Below are positions 31,601 through 47,219 of a DNA stretch of 64,000 bases, piece after piece. The DNA comes from Eledone cirrhosa (Eukaryota). Every line of letters starts with the position of its first letter. The first letter of the stretch is position 1. Position numbers and translations under genes: made by a program. The notes under the pieces were generated by a model, which saw only the letters and a list, made by a program, of their open reading frames with translations, was not told the origin of the DNA and made no database searches. Location of the stretch: assembly GCA_964016885.1 (NCBI GenBank), contig OZ024741.1, forward strand, positions 48,608,001 through 48,672,000. Direction: 5' to 3'.

Positions 31601-33950
31601 TAAATATTCTCCACTATTACAGTCTAAATATTCTTCACTATTAGGGTCTAAATATTCTCCACTATTACAACCTAAATATTCTCCGCTATTACAGTCTAAA
31701 TATTCTCCACTATTACAGTCTAAATATTCTCCGCTATTACAGTCTAAATATTCTCCACTATTACAGTCTAAATATTCTTCACTACTACGGTCTAAATATT
31801 CTCCGCTATTACAGTCTAAATATTCTCCACTATTACAGTCTAAATATTTTTCATCACTCTGTCTAAATATTCTCCACTATTACAGTCTAAATATTCTCCA
31901 CTATTACAGTCTAAATATTCTTCACTATTACAGTCTAAATATTCTCCACTATTAGGGTCTAAATATTCTCCACTCTTACAGTCTAAATATTCTCAACTAT
32001 TACAGTCTAAATATTCTCAACTATTACAGGCTAAATATTCTCCACTATTAAAGTCTAAATATTCTCCACTATTACAGTCTAAATATTCTCGACTATTACA
32101 GTCTTAATATTCTCCACTATTACAGTCTAAATATTCTTCACTACTACGGTCTAAATATTCTCGGCTATTACAGTCTAAATATTCTCCACTATTACAGTCT
32201 CAATATTCTTCACTATTAGGGTCTAAATATTCTCCACTATTACAGCCTAAATATTCTCCGCTATTACAGTCTAAATATTCTCCACTATTACAGTCTAAAT
32301 ATTCTCCGCTATTACAGTCTAAATATTCTCCACTATTACAGTCTAAATATTCTTCACTACTACGGTCTAAATATTCTCCGCTATTACAGTCTAAATATTC
32401 TCCACTATTACAGTCTAAATATTCTCCACTATTACAGTCTAAATATTTTCCACTATTACAGTCTAAATATTTTCCACTATTTCAGTCTAGATATTCTCCA
32501 CTATTACAGTCTAAATATTCTTCACTACTACGGTCTAAATATTCTCCACTATTACGGTCTAAATATTTTCCACTATTAGGGTGTAAATATTCTCCACTAT
32601 TACAGTCTAAATATTCTCCACTATTACAGTCTAAATATTCTCCGCAATTACAGTCTAAATATTCTTCACTACTACGGTCTAAATATTCTTCACTATTACA
32701 GAGTAAATATTCTCCACTATTACAGTCTAAATATTCTCCACTATTACAGTCTAAATATTCTTCACAAATACGGTCTAAATATTCTATTACAGTCTAAATA
32801 TTCTCCACTATTACAGTCTAAATATTTTTCATCACTACGTCTAAATATTCTCCACTATTACAGTCTAAATATTCTCCACTATTACAGTCTAAATATTTTT
32901 CATCACTACGTCTAAATATTCTCCACTATTACAGCCTAAATATTCTCCGCTATTACAGTCTAAATATTCTCAACTATTACAGGCTAAATAATCTCCACTA
33001 TTACAGTATAAATATTCTCCACTATTACAGTCTAAATATTCTCCACTATTACAGTCTAAATATTCTCCGCTATTACAGTCTAAATATTCTCGGCTATTAC
33101 AGTCTAAATATTCTCCGCTATTACAGTCTAAATATTCTCCATTATTACAGTCTAAATATTCTCCACTATTACAGTCTAAATATTCTCTACTATTACAGTC
33201 TTAATATTCTTCACTACTACGGTCTAAATATTCTCCACTATTACAGTCTTAATATTCTCCACTATTACAGTCTAAATATTCTTCACTATTAGGGTCTAAA
33301 TATTCTCCACTATTACAGTCTAAATATTCTCCGCTATTACAGTCTGAATATTCTCCACTATTACAGTCTATATATTCTCCGCTATTACAGTCTAAATATT
33401 CTCCACTATTACAGTCTAAATATTCTTCACTACTACGGTCTAAATATTCTCCGCTATTACAGTCTAAATATTCTCCACTATTACAGTCTAAATATTCTCA
33501 ACTATTACAGTCTAAATATTCTCAACTATTACAGGCTAAATATTCTCCACTATTAAAGTCTAAATATTCTCCACTATTACAGTCTAAATATTCTCCACTA
33601 TTACAGTCTAAATATTCTCCACTATTACAGTCTAAATATTCTTCACTACTACGGTCTAAATATTCTCGGCTATTACAGTCTAAATATTCTCCACTATTAC
33701 AGTCTAAATATTCTTCACTATTAGGGTCTAAATATTCTCCACTATTACAACCTAAATATTCTCCGCTATTACAGTCTAAATATTCTCCACTATTACAGTC
33801 TAAATATTCTCCGCTATTACAGTCTAAATATTCTCCACTATTACAGTCTAAATATTCTTCACTACTACGGTCTAAATATTCTCCGCTATTACAGTCTAAA
33901 TATTCTCCACTATTACAGTCTAAATATTTTTCATCACTCCGTCTAAATAT
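25650..33950 (+). repeat. Tandem duplication, offset 3776 bp
   Basis: CAAATACGG markers at 27365/31141 and 28989/32765. Shared rare variants TCGGATA (26761/30537), CACTCTGT and TCTCGA. Confidence 0.88.
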
Positions 33951-36900
33951 TCTCCACTATTACAGTCTAAATATTCTCCACTATTACAGTCTAAATATTC
34001 TCCACTATTACAGTCTAAATATTCTCCACTATTAGGGTCTAAATATTCTCCACTCTTACAGTCTAAATATTCTCAACTATTACAGTCTAAATATTCTCAA
34101 CTATTACAGGCTAAATATTCTCGACTATTAAAGTCTAAATATTCTCCACTATTACAGTCTAAATATTCTCCACTATTACAGTCTTAATATTCTCCACTAT
34201 TACAGTCTAAATATTCTTCACTACTACGGTCTAAATATTCTCGGCTATTACAGTCTAAATATTCTCCACTATTATAGTCTCAATATTCTTCACTATTAGG
34301 GTCTAAATATTCTCCACTATTACAGCCTAAATATTCTCCGCTATTACAGTCTAAATATTCTCCACTATTACAGTCTAAATATTCTCCGCTATTACAGTCT
34401 AAATATTCTCCACTATTACAGTCTAAATATTCTTCACTACTACGGTCTAAATATTCTCCGCTATTACAGTCTAAATATTCTCCACTATTACAGTCTAAAT
34501 ATTCTCCACTATTACAGTCTAAATATTTTCCACTATTACAGTCTAAATATTTTCCACTATTTCAGTCTAGATATTCTCCACTATTACAGTCTAAATATTC
34601 TTCACTACTACGGTCTAAATATTCTCCACTATTACGGTCTAAATATTTTCCACTATTAGGGTGTAAATATTCTCCACTATTACAGTCTAAATATTCTCCG
34701 CAATTACAGTCTAAATATTCTTCACTACTACGGTCTAAATATTCTTCACTATTACAGAGTAAATATTCTCCACTATTACAGTCTAAATATTCTCCACTAT
34801 TACAGTCTAAATATTCTTCACAAATACGGTCTAAATATTCTATTACAGTCTAAATATTCTCCACTATTACAGTCTAAATATTTTTCATCACTACGTCTAA
34901 ATATTCTCCACTATTACAGTCTAAATATTCTCCACTATTACAGTCTAAATATTTTTCATCACTACGTCTAAATATTCTCCACTATTACAGTCTAAATATT
35001 CTCAACTATTACAGTCTAAATATTCTCCACTATTACAGTCTAAATATTCTCCACTATTAGGGTCTAAATATTCTCCACTCTTACAGTCTAAATATTCTCA
35101 ACTATTACAGTCTAAATATTCGCAACTATTACAGGCTAAATATTCTCCACTATTAAAGTTTAAATATTTTCCACTATTACAGTCTAAATATTCTCCACTA
35201 TTACAGTCTAAATATTCTCCACTATTACAGTCTAAATATTCTCCACTATTATAGTCTAAATATTCTCCACTATTACAGTCTAAATATTCCTCACTATTAG
35301 GGTCTAAATGTTCTCCACTATTACAGTCTAAATATTCTCAACTATTACAGTCTAAATATTCTCAACTATTACAGGCTAAATAATCTCCACTATTACAGTC
35401 TAAATATTCTGCACTATTACAGTATAAATATTCTCCACTATTACAGTCTAAATATTCTCCACTATTACAGTCTAAATATTCTTCACTAATACGGTCTAAA
35501 TATTCTCCGCTATTACAGTCTAAATATTCTCCACTATTACAGTCTAAATATTCTCAACTATTACAGTCTAAATATTCTCAACTATTACAGGCTAAATATT
35601 CTCCACTATTAAAGTCTAAATATTCTCCACTATTACAGTCTAAATATTCTCAACTATTACAGTCTAAATATTCTCAACTATTACAGGCTAAATATTCTCC
35701 ACTATTAAAGTCTAAATATTCTCCACTATTACAGTCTAAATATTCTCCACTATTACAGTCTAAATATTCTCCACTATTACAGTCTAAATATTCTTCACTA
35801 CTACGGTCTAAATATTCTCGGCTATTACAGTCTAAATATTCTCCACTATTATAGTCTCAATATTCTTCACTATTAGGGTCTAAATATTCTCCACTATTAC
35901 AGCCTAAATATTCTCCGCTATTACAGTCTAAATATTCTCCACTATTACAGTCTAAATATTCTCCGCTATTACAGTCTAAATATTCTCCACTATTACAGTC
36001 TAAATATTCTTCACTACTACGGTCTAAATATTCTCCGCTATTACAGTCTAAATATTCTCCACTATTACAGTCTAAATATTCTCCACTATTACAGTCTAAA
36101 TATTTTCCACTATTACAGTCTAAATATTTTCCACTATTTCAGTCTAGATATTCTCCACTATTACAGTCTAAATATTCTTCACTACTACGGTCTAAATATT
36201 CTCCACTATTACGGTCTAAATATTTTCCACTATTAGGGTGTAAATATTCTCCACTATTACAGTCTAAATATTCTCCGCAATTACAGTCTAAATATTCTTC
36301 ACTACTACGGTCTAAATATTCTTCACTATTACAGAGTAAATATTCTCCACTATTACAGTCTAAATATTCTCCACTATTACAGTCTAAATATTCTTCACAA
36401 ATACGGTCTAAATATTCTATTACAGTCTAAATATTCTCCACTATTACAGTCTAAATATTTTTCATCACTACGTCTAAATATTCTCCACTATTACAGTCTA
36501 AATATTCTCCACTATTACAGTCTAAATATTTTTCATCACTACGTCTAAATATTCTCCACTATTACAGTCTAAATATTCTCAACTATTACAGTCTAAATAT
36601 TCTCCACTATTACAGTCTAAATATTCTCCACTATTAGGGTCTAAATATTCTCCACTCTTACAGTCTAAATATTCTCAACTATTACAGTCTAAATATTCGC
36701 AACTATTACAGGCTAAATATTCTCCACTATTAAAGTTTAAATATTTTCCACTATTACAGTCTAAATATTCTCCACTATTACAGTCTAAATATTCTCCACT
36801 ATTACAGTCTAAATATTCTCCACTATTATAGTCTAAATATTCTCCACTATTACAGTCTAAATATTCCTCACTATTAGGGTCTAAATGTTCTCCACTATTA

Positions 36901-39900
36901 CAGTCTAAATATTCTCAACTATTACAGTCTAAATATTCTCAACTATTACAGGCTAAATAATCTCCACTATTACAGTCTAAATATTCTGCACTATTACAGT
37001 ATAAATATTCTCCACTATTACAGTCTAAATATTCTCCACTATTACAGTCTAAATATTCTTCACTAATACGGTCTAAATATTCTCCGCTATTACAGTCTAA
37101 ATATTCTCCACTATTACAGTCTAAATATTCTCAACTATTACAGTCTAAATATTCTCAACTATTACAGGCTAAATATTCTCCACTATTAAAGTCTAAATAT
37201 TCTCCACTATTACAGTCTAAATATTCTCAACTATTACAGTCTAAATATTCTCAACTATTACAGGCTAAATATTCTCCACTATTAAAGTCTAAATATTCTC
37301 CACTATTACAGTCTAAATATTCTCCACTATTACAGTCTAAATATTCTCCACTATTACAGTCTAAATATTCTTCACTACTACGGTCTAAATATTCTCGGCT
37401 ATTACAGTCTAAATATTCTCCACTATTACAGTCTAAATATTCTTCACTATTAGGGTCTAAATATTCTCCACTATTACAACCTAAATATTCTCCGCTATTA
37501 CAGTCTAAATATTCTCCACTATTACAGTCTAAATATTCTCCGCTATTACAGTCTAAATATTCTCCACTATTACAGTCTAAATATTCTTCACTACTACGGT
37601 CTAAATATTCTCCGCTATTACAGTCTAAATATTCTCCACTATTACAGTCTAAATATTCTCCACTATTACAGTCTAAATATTCTCCACTATTACAGTCTAA
37701 ATATTCTCCACTATTAGGGTCTAAATATTCTCCACTCTTACAGTCTAAATATTCTCAACTATTACAGTCTAAATATTCTCAACTATTACAGGCTAAATAT
37801 TCTCCACTATTAAAGTCTAAATATTCTCCACTATTACAGTCTAAATATTCTCCACTATTACAGTCTTAATATTCTCCACTATTACAGTCTAAATATTCTT
37901 CACTACTACGGTCTAAATATTCTCGGCTATTACAGTCTAAATATTCTCCACTATTATAGTCTCAATATTCTTCACTATTAGGGTCTAAATATTCTCCACT
38001 ATTACAGCCTAAATATTCTCCGCTATTACAGTCTAAATATTCTCCACTATTACAGTCTAAATATTCTCCGCTATTACAGTCTAAATATTCTCCACTATTA
38101 CAGTCTAAATATTCTTCACTACTACGGTCTAAATATTCTCCGCTATTACAGTCTAAATATTCTCCACTATTACAGTCTAAATATTCTCCACTATTACAGT
38201 CTAAATATTTTCCACTATTACAGTCTAAATATTTTCCACTATTTCAGTCTAGATATTCTCCACTATTACAGTCTAAATATTCTTCACTACTACGGTCTAA
38301 ATATTCTCCACTATTACGGTCTAAATATTTTCCACTATTAGGGTGTAAATATTCTCCACTATTACAGTCTAAATATTCTCCGCAATTACAGTCTAAATAT
38401 TCTTCACTACTACGGTCTAAATATTCTTCACTATTACAGAGTAAATATTCTCCACTATTACAGTCTAAATATTCTCCACTATTACAGTCTAAATATTCTT
38501 CACAAATACGGTCTAAATATTCTATTACAGTCTAAATATTCTCCACTATTACAGTCTAAATATTTTTCATCACTACGTCTAAATATTCTCCACTATTACA
38601 GTCTAAATATTCTCCACTATTACAGTCTAAATATTTTTCATCACTACGTCTAAATATTCTCCACTATTACAGCCTAAATATTCTCCGCTATTACAGTCTA
38701 AATATTCTCAACTATTACAGGCTAAATAATCTCCACTATTACAGTATAAATATTCTCCACTATTACAGTCTAAATATTCTCCACTATTACAGTCTAAATA
38801 TTCTCCGCTATTACAGTCTAAATATTCTCGGCTATTACAGTCTAAATATTCTCCGCTATTACAGTCTAAATATTCTCCACTATTACAGTCTAAATATTCT
38901 CCACTATTACAGTCTAAATATTCTCTACTATTACAGTCTTAATATTCTTCACTACTACGGTCTAAATATTCTCCACTATTACAGTCTTAATATTCTCCAC
39001 TATTACAGTCTAAATATTCTTCACTATTAGGGTCTAAATATTCTCCACTATTACAGTCTAAATATTCTCCGCTATTACAGTCTGAATATTCTCCACTATT
39101 ACAGTCTATATATTCTCCGCTATTACAGTCTAAATATTCTCCACTATTACAGTCTAAATATTCTTCACTACTACGGTCTAAATATTCTCCGCTATTACAG
39201 TCTAAATATTCTCCACTATTACAGTCTAAATATTCTCAACTATTACAGTCTAAATATTCTCAACTATTACAGGCTAAATATTCTCCACTATTAAAGTCTA
39301 AATATTCTCCACTATTACAGTCTAAATATTCTCCACTATTACAGTCTAAATATTCTCCACTATTACAGTCTAAATATTCTTCACTACTACGGTCTAAATA
39401 TTCTCGGCTATTACAGTCTAAATATTCTCCACTATTACAGTCTAAATATTCTTCACTATTAGGGTCTAAATATTCTCCACTATTACAACCTAAATATTCT
39501 CCGCTATTACAGTCTAAATATTCTCCACTATTACAGTCTAAATATTCTCCGCTATTACAGTCTAAATATTCTCCACTATTACAGTCTAAATATTCTTCAC
39601 TACTACGGTCTAAATATTCTCCGCTATTACAGTCTAAATATTCTCCACTATTACAGTCTAAATATTTTTCATCACTCCGTCTAAATATTCTCCACTATTA
39701 CAGTCTAAATATTCTCCACTATTACAGTCTAAATATTCTCCACTATTACAGTCTAAATATTCTCCACTATTAGGGTCTAAATATTCTCCACTCTTACAGT
39801 CTAAATATTCTCAACTATTACAGTCTAAATATTCTCAACTATTACAGGCTAAATATTCTCGACTATTAAAGTCTAAATATTCTCCACTATTACAGTCTAA

Positions 39901-42900
39901 ATATTCTCCACTATTACAGTCTTAATATTCTCCACTATTACAGTCTAAATATTCTTCACTACTACGGTCTAAATATTCTCGGCTATTACAGTCTAAATAT
40001 TCTCCACTATTATAGTCTCAATATTCTTCACTATTAGGGTCTAAATATTCTCCACTATTACAGCCTAAATATTCTCCGCTATTACAGTCTAAATATTCTC
40101 CACTATTACAGTCTAAATATTCTCCGCTATTACAGTCTAAATATTCTCCACTATTACAGTCTAAATATTCTTCACTACTACGGTCTAAATATTCTCCGCT
40201 ATTACAGTCTAAATATTCTCCACTATTACAGTCTAAATATTCTCCACTATTACAGTCTAAATATTTTCCACTATTACAGTCTAAATATTTTCCACTATTT
40301 CAGTCTAGATATTCTCCACTATTACAGTCTAAATATTCTTCACTACTACGGTCTAAATATTCTCCACTATTACGGTCTAAATATTTTCCACTATTAGGGT
40401 GTAAATATTCTCCACTATTACAGTCTAAATATTCTCCGCAATTACAGTCTAAATATTCTTCACTACTACGGTCTAAATATTCTTCACTATTACAGAGTAA
40501 ATATTCTCCACTATTACAGTCTAAATATTCTCCACTATTACAGTCTAAATATTCTTCACAAATACGGTCTAAATATTCTATTACAGTCTAAATATTCTCC
40601 ACTATTACAGTCTAAATATTTTTCATCACTACGTCTAAATATTCTCCACTATTACAGTCTAAATATTCTCCACTATTACAGTCTAAATATTTTTCATCAC
40701 TACGTCTAAATATTCTCCACTATTACAGTCTAAATATTCTCAACTATTACAGTCTAAATATTCTCCACTATTACAGTCTAAATATTCTCCACTATTAGGG
40801 TCTAAATATTCTCCACTCTTACAGTCTAAATATTCTCAACTATTACAGTCTAAATATTCGCAACTATTACAGGCTAAATATTCTCCACTATTAAAGTTTA
40901 AATATTTTCCACTATTACAGTCTAAATATTCTCCACTATTACAGTCTAAATATTCTCCACTATTACAGTCTAAATATTCTCCACTATTATAGTCTAAATA
41001 TTCTCCACTATTACAGTCTAAATATTCCTCACTATTAGGGTCTAAATGTTCTCCACTATTACAGTCTAAATATTCTCAACTATTACAGTCTAAATATTCT
41101 CAACTATTACAGGCTAAATAATCTCCACTATTACAGTCTAAATATTCTGCACTATTACAGTATAAATATTCTCCACTATTACAGTCTAAATATTCTCCAC
41201 TATTACAGTCTAAATATTCTTCACTAATACGGTCTAAATATTCTCCGCTATTACAGTCTAAATATTCTCCACTATTACAGTCTAAATATTCTCAACTATT
41301 ACAGTCTAAATATTCTCAACTATTACAGGCTAAATATTCTCCACTATTAAAGTCTAAATATTCTCCACTATTACAGTCTAAATATTCTCAACTATTACAG
41401 TCTAAATATTCTCAACTATTACAGGCTAAATATTCTCCACTATTAAAGTCTAAATATTCTCCACTATTACAGTCTAAATATTCTCCACTATTACAGTCTA
41501 AATATTCTCCACTATTACAGTCTAAATATTCTTCACTACTACGGTCTAAATATTCTCGGCTATTACAGTCTAAATATTCTCCACTATTATAGTCTCAATA
41601 TTCTTCACTATTAGGGTCTAAATATTCTCCACTATTACAGCCTAAATATTCTCCGCTATTACAGTCTAAATATTCTCCACTATTACAGTCTAAATATTCT
41701 CCGCTATTACAGTCTAAATATTCTCCACTATTACAGTCTAAATATTCTTCACTACTACGGTCTAAATATTCTCCGCTATTACAGTCTAAATATTCTCCAC
41801 TATTACAGTCTAAATATTCTCCACTATTACAGTCTAAATATTTTCCACTATTACAGTCTAAATATTTTCCACTATTTCAGTCTAGATATTCTCCACTATT
41901 ACAGTCTAAATATTCTTCACTACTACGGTCTAAATATTCTCCACTATTACGGTCTAAATATTTTCCACTATTAGGGTGTAAATATTCTCCACTATTACAG
42001 TCTAAATATTCTCCGCAATTACAGTCTAAATATTCTTCACTACTACGGTCTAAATATTCTTCACTATTACAGAGTAAATATTCTCCACTATTACAGTCTA
42101 AATATTCTCCACTATTACAGTCTAAATATTCTTCACAAATACGGTCTAAATATTCTATTACAGTCTAAATATTCTCCACTATTACAGTCTAAATATTTTT
42201 CATCACTACGTCTAAATATTCTCCACTATTACAGTCTAAATATTCTCCACTATTACAGTCTAAATATTTTTCATCACTACGTCTAAATATTCTCCACTAT
42301 TACAGTCTAAATATTCTCAACTATTACAGTCTAAATATTCTCCACTATTACAGTCTAAATATTCTCCACTATTAGGGTCTAAATATTCTCCACTCTTACA
42401 GTCTAAATATTCTCAACTATTACAGTCTAAATATTCGCAACTATTACAGGCTAAATATTCTCCACTATTAAAGTTTAAATATTTTCCACTATTACAGTCT
42501 AAATATTCTCCACTATTACAGTCTAAATATTCTCCACTATTACAGTCTAAATATTCTCCACTATTATAGTCTAAATATTCTCCACTATTACAGTCTAAAT
42601 ATTCCTCACTATTAGGGTCTAAATGTTCTCCACTATTACAGTCTAAATATTCTCAACTATTACAGTCTAAATATTCTCAACTATTACAGGCTAAATAATC
42701 TCCACTATTACAGTCTAAATATTCTGCACTATTACAGTATAAATATTCTCCACTATTACAGTCTAAATATTCTCCACTATTACAGTCTAAATATTCTTCA
42801 CTAATACGGTCTAAATATTCTCCGCTATTACAGTCTAAATATTCTCCACTATTACAGTCTAAATATTCTCAACTATTACAGTCTAAATATTCTCAACTAT

Positions 42901-43380
42901 TACAGGCTAAATATTCTCCACTATTAAAGTCTAAATATTCTCCACTATTACAGTCTAAATATTCTCAACTATTACAGTCTAAATATTCTCAACTATTACA
43001 GGCTAAATATTCTCCACTATTAAAGTCTAAATATTCTCCACTATTACAGTCTAAATATTCTCCACTATTACAGTCTAAATATTCTCCACTATTACAGTCT
43101 AAATATTCTTCACTACTACGGTCTAAATATTCTCGGCTATTACAGTCTAAATATTCTCCACTATTACAGTCTAAATATTCTTCACTATTAGGGTCTAAAT
43201 ATTCTCCACTATTACAACCTAAATATTCTCCGCTATTACAGTCTAAATATTCTCCACTATTACAGTCTAAATATTCTCCGCTATTACAGTCTAAATATTC
43301 TCCACTATTACAGTCTAAATATTCTTCACTACTACGGTCTAAATATTCTCCGCTATTACAGTCTAAATATTCTCCACTAT
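32620..43380 (+). repeat. Duplication, offset 5738 bp, containing a nested 1577-bp tandem duplication
   Basis: Marker pairs 32765/38503, 34821/40559 and 36398/42136 are all offset by 5738. Pairs 34821/36398 and 40559/42136 are offset by 1577. Shared TCGCAA, TCTGCA and CTAATACGG variants. Confidence 0.88.
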
Positions 43381-46300
43381 TACAGTCTAAATATTTTTCA
43401 TCACTCCGTCTAAATATTCTCCACTATTACAGTCTAAATATTCTCCACTATTACAGTCTAAATATTCTCCACTATTACAGTCTAAATATTCTCCACTATT
43501 AGGGTCTAAATATTCTCCACTCTTACAGTCTAAATATTCTCAACTATTACAGTCTAAATATTCTCAACTATTACAGGCTAAATATTCTCCACTATTAAAG
43601 TCTAAATATTCTCCACTATTACAGTCTAAATATTCTCCACTATTACAGTCTTAATATTCTCCACTATTACAGTCTAAATATTCTTCACTACTACGGTCTA
43701 AATATTCTCGGCTATTACAGTCTAAATATTCTCCACTATTATAGTCTCAATATTCTTCACTATTAGGGTCTAAATATTCTCCACTATTACAGCCTAAATA
43801 TTCTCCGCTATTACAGTCTAAATATTCTCCACTATTACAGTCTAAATATTCTCCGCTATTACAGTCTAAATATTCTCCACTATTACAGTCTAAATATTCT
43901 TCACTACTACGGTCTAAATATTCTCCGCTATTACAGTCTAAATATTCTCCACTATTACAGTCTAAATATTCTCCACTATTACAGTCTAAATATTTTCCAC
44001 TATTACAGTCTAAATATTTTCCACTATTTCAGTCTAGATATTCTCCACTATTACAGTCTAAATATTCTTCACTACTACGGTCTAAATATTCTCCACTATT
44101 ACGGTCTAAATATTTTCCACTATTAGGGTGTAAATATTCTCCACTATTACAGTCTAAATATTCTCCGCAATTACAGTCTAAATATTCTTCACTACTACGG
44201 TCTAAATATTCTTCACTATTACAGAGTAAATATTCTCCACTATTACAGTCTAAATATTCTCCACTATTACAGTCTAAATATTCTTCACAAATACGGTCAA
44301 AATATTCTATTACAGTCTAAATATTCTCCACTATTACAGTCTAAATATTTTTCATCACTACGTCTAAATATTCTCCACTATTACAGTCTAAATATTCTCA
44401 ACTATTACAGTCTAAATATTCTCCACTATTACAGTCTAAATATTCTCCACTATTAGGGTCTAAATATTCTCCACTCTTACAGTCTAAATATTCTCAACTA
44501 TTACAGTCTAAATATTCGCAACTATTACAGGCTAAATATTCTCCACTATTAAAGTTTAAATATTTTCCACTATTACAGTCTAAATATTCTCCACTATTAC
44601 AGTCTAAATATTCTCCACTATTACAGTCTAAATATTCTCCACTATTATAGTCTAAATATTCTCCACTATTACAGTCTAAATATTCCTCACTATTAGGGTC
44701 TAAATGTTCTCCACTATTACAGTCTAAATATTCTCAACTATTACAGTCTAAATATTCTCAACTATTACAGGCTAAATAATCTCCACTATTACAGTCTAAA
44801 TATTCTGCACTATTACAGTATAAATATTCTCCACTATTACAGTCTAAATATTCTCCACTATTACAGTCTAAATATTCTTCACTAATACGGTCTAAATATT
44901 CTCCGCTATTACAGTCTAAATATTCTCCACTATTACAGTCTAAATATTCTCAACTATTACAGTCTAAATATTCTCAACTATTACAGGCTAAATATTCTCC
45001 ACTATTAAAGTCTAAATATTCTCCACTATTACAGTCTAAATATTCTCAACTATTACAGTCTAAATATTCTCAACTATTACAGGCTAAATATTCTCCACTA
45101 TTAAAGTCTAAATATTCTCCACTATTACAGTCTAAATATTCTCCACTATTACAGTCTAAATATTCTCCACTATTACAGTCTAAATATTCTTCACTACTAC
45201 GGTCTAAATATTCTCGGCTATTACAGTCTAAATATTCTCCACTATTACAGTCTAAATATTCTTCACTATTAGGGTCTAAATATTCTCCACTATTACAACC
45301 TAAATATTCTCCGCTATTACAGTCTAAATATTCTCCACTATTACAGTCTAAATATTCTCCGCTATTACAGTCTAAATATTCTCCACTATTACAGTCTAAA
45401 TATTCTTCACTACTACGGTCTAAATATTCTCCGCTATTACAGTCTAAATATTCTCCACTATTACAGTCTAAATATTCTCCACTATTACAGTCTAAATATT
45501 TTCCACTATTACAGTCTAAATATTTTCCACTATTTCAGTCTAGATATTCTCCACTATTACAGTCTAAATATTCTTCACTACTACGGTCTAAATATTCTCC
45601 ACTATTACGGTCTAAATATTTTCCACTATTAGGGTGTAAATATTCTCCACTATTACAGTCTAAATGTTCTCCGCAATTACAGTCTAAATATTCTTCACTA
45701 CTACAGTCTAAATATTCTTCACTATTACAGAGTAAATATTCTCCACTATTACAGTCTAAATATTCTCCACTATTACAGTCTAAATATTCTTCACAAATAC
45801 GGTCTAAATATTCTATTACAGTCTAAATATTCTCCACTATTACAGTCTAAATATTTTTCATCACTACGTCTAAATATTCTCCACTATTACAGTCTAAATA
45901 TTCTCCACTATTACAGTCTAAATATTTTTCATCACTACGTCTAAATATTCTCCACTATTACAGTCTAAATATTCTCCACTATTACAGTCTAAATATTCTC
46001 CACTATTACAGTCTAAATATTCTCCACTATTAGGGTCTAAATATTCTCCACTCTTACAGTCTAAATATTCTCAACTATTACAGTCTAAATATTCCTCACT
46101 ATTAGGGTCTAAATGTTCTCCACTATTACAGTCTAAATATTCTCAACTATTACAGTCTAAATGTTCTCAACTATTACAGGCTAAATAATCTCCACTATTA
46201 CAGTCTAAATATTCTGCACTATTACAGTATAAATATTCTCCACTATTACAGTCTAAATATTCTCCACTATTACAGTCTAAATATTCTCCGCTATTACAGT

Positions 46301-47219
46301 CTAAATATTCTCCGCTATTACAGTCTAAATATTCTCCGCTATTACAGTCTAAATATTCTCCACTATTACAGTCTAAATATTCTCTACTATTACAGTCTAA
46401 ATATTCTCCACTATTACAGTCTAAATATTCTCCACTATTACAGTCTTAATATTCTTCACTACTACGGTCTAAATATTCTCCACTATTACAGTCTTAATAT
46501 TCTCCACTATTACAGTCTAAATATTCTTCACTACTACGGTCTAAATATTCTCGGCTATTACAGTCTAAATATTCTCCACTATTACAGTCTAAATATTCTT
46601 CACTATTAGGGTCTAAATATTCTCCACTATTACAGTCTAAATATTCTCCGCTATTACAGTCTGAATATTCTCCACTATTTCAGTCTAAATATTCTCCGCT
46701 ATTACAGTCTAAATATTCTCCACTATTACAGTCTAAATATTCTTCACTACTACGGTCTAAATATTCTCCGCTATTACAGTCTAAATATTCTCCACTATTA
46801 CAGTCTAAATATTCTCCATAATTACGGTCTAAATATTCTCCACTATTACAGTCTAAATATTCTCCACTATTACAGTTTAAATATTCTCCACTATTAGGGT
46901 CTAAATATTTTCCACTATTACAGTCTAAATATTCTCCACTATTTCAGTCTAGATATTCTCCACTATTACAGTCTAAATATTCTTCACTACTACGGTATAA
47001 ATATTCTCCACTATTACAGTGTAAATATTCTCCGCTATTACAGTCTAAATATTCTTCACTATTAGTGTCTAAATATTCTCCGCTATTACAATCTAAATAT
47101 TCTCCACTATTACAGTCTAAATATTCTCCACTATTACGGTCTAAATATTCTCCACTATTACAGTCTAAATATTCTCCACTATTACAGTCTAAATATTCTT
47201 CACTATTACAGTCGAAATA

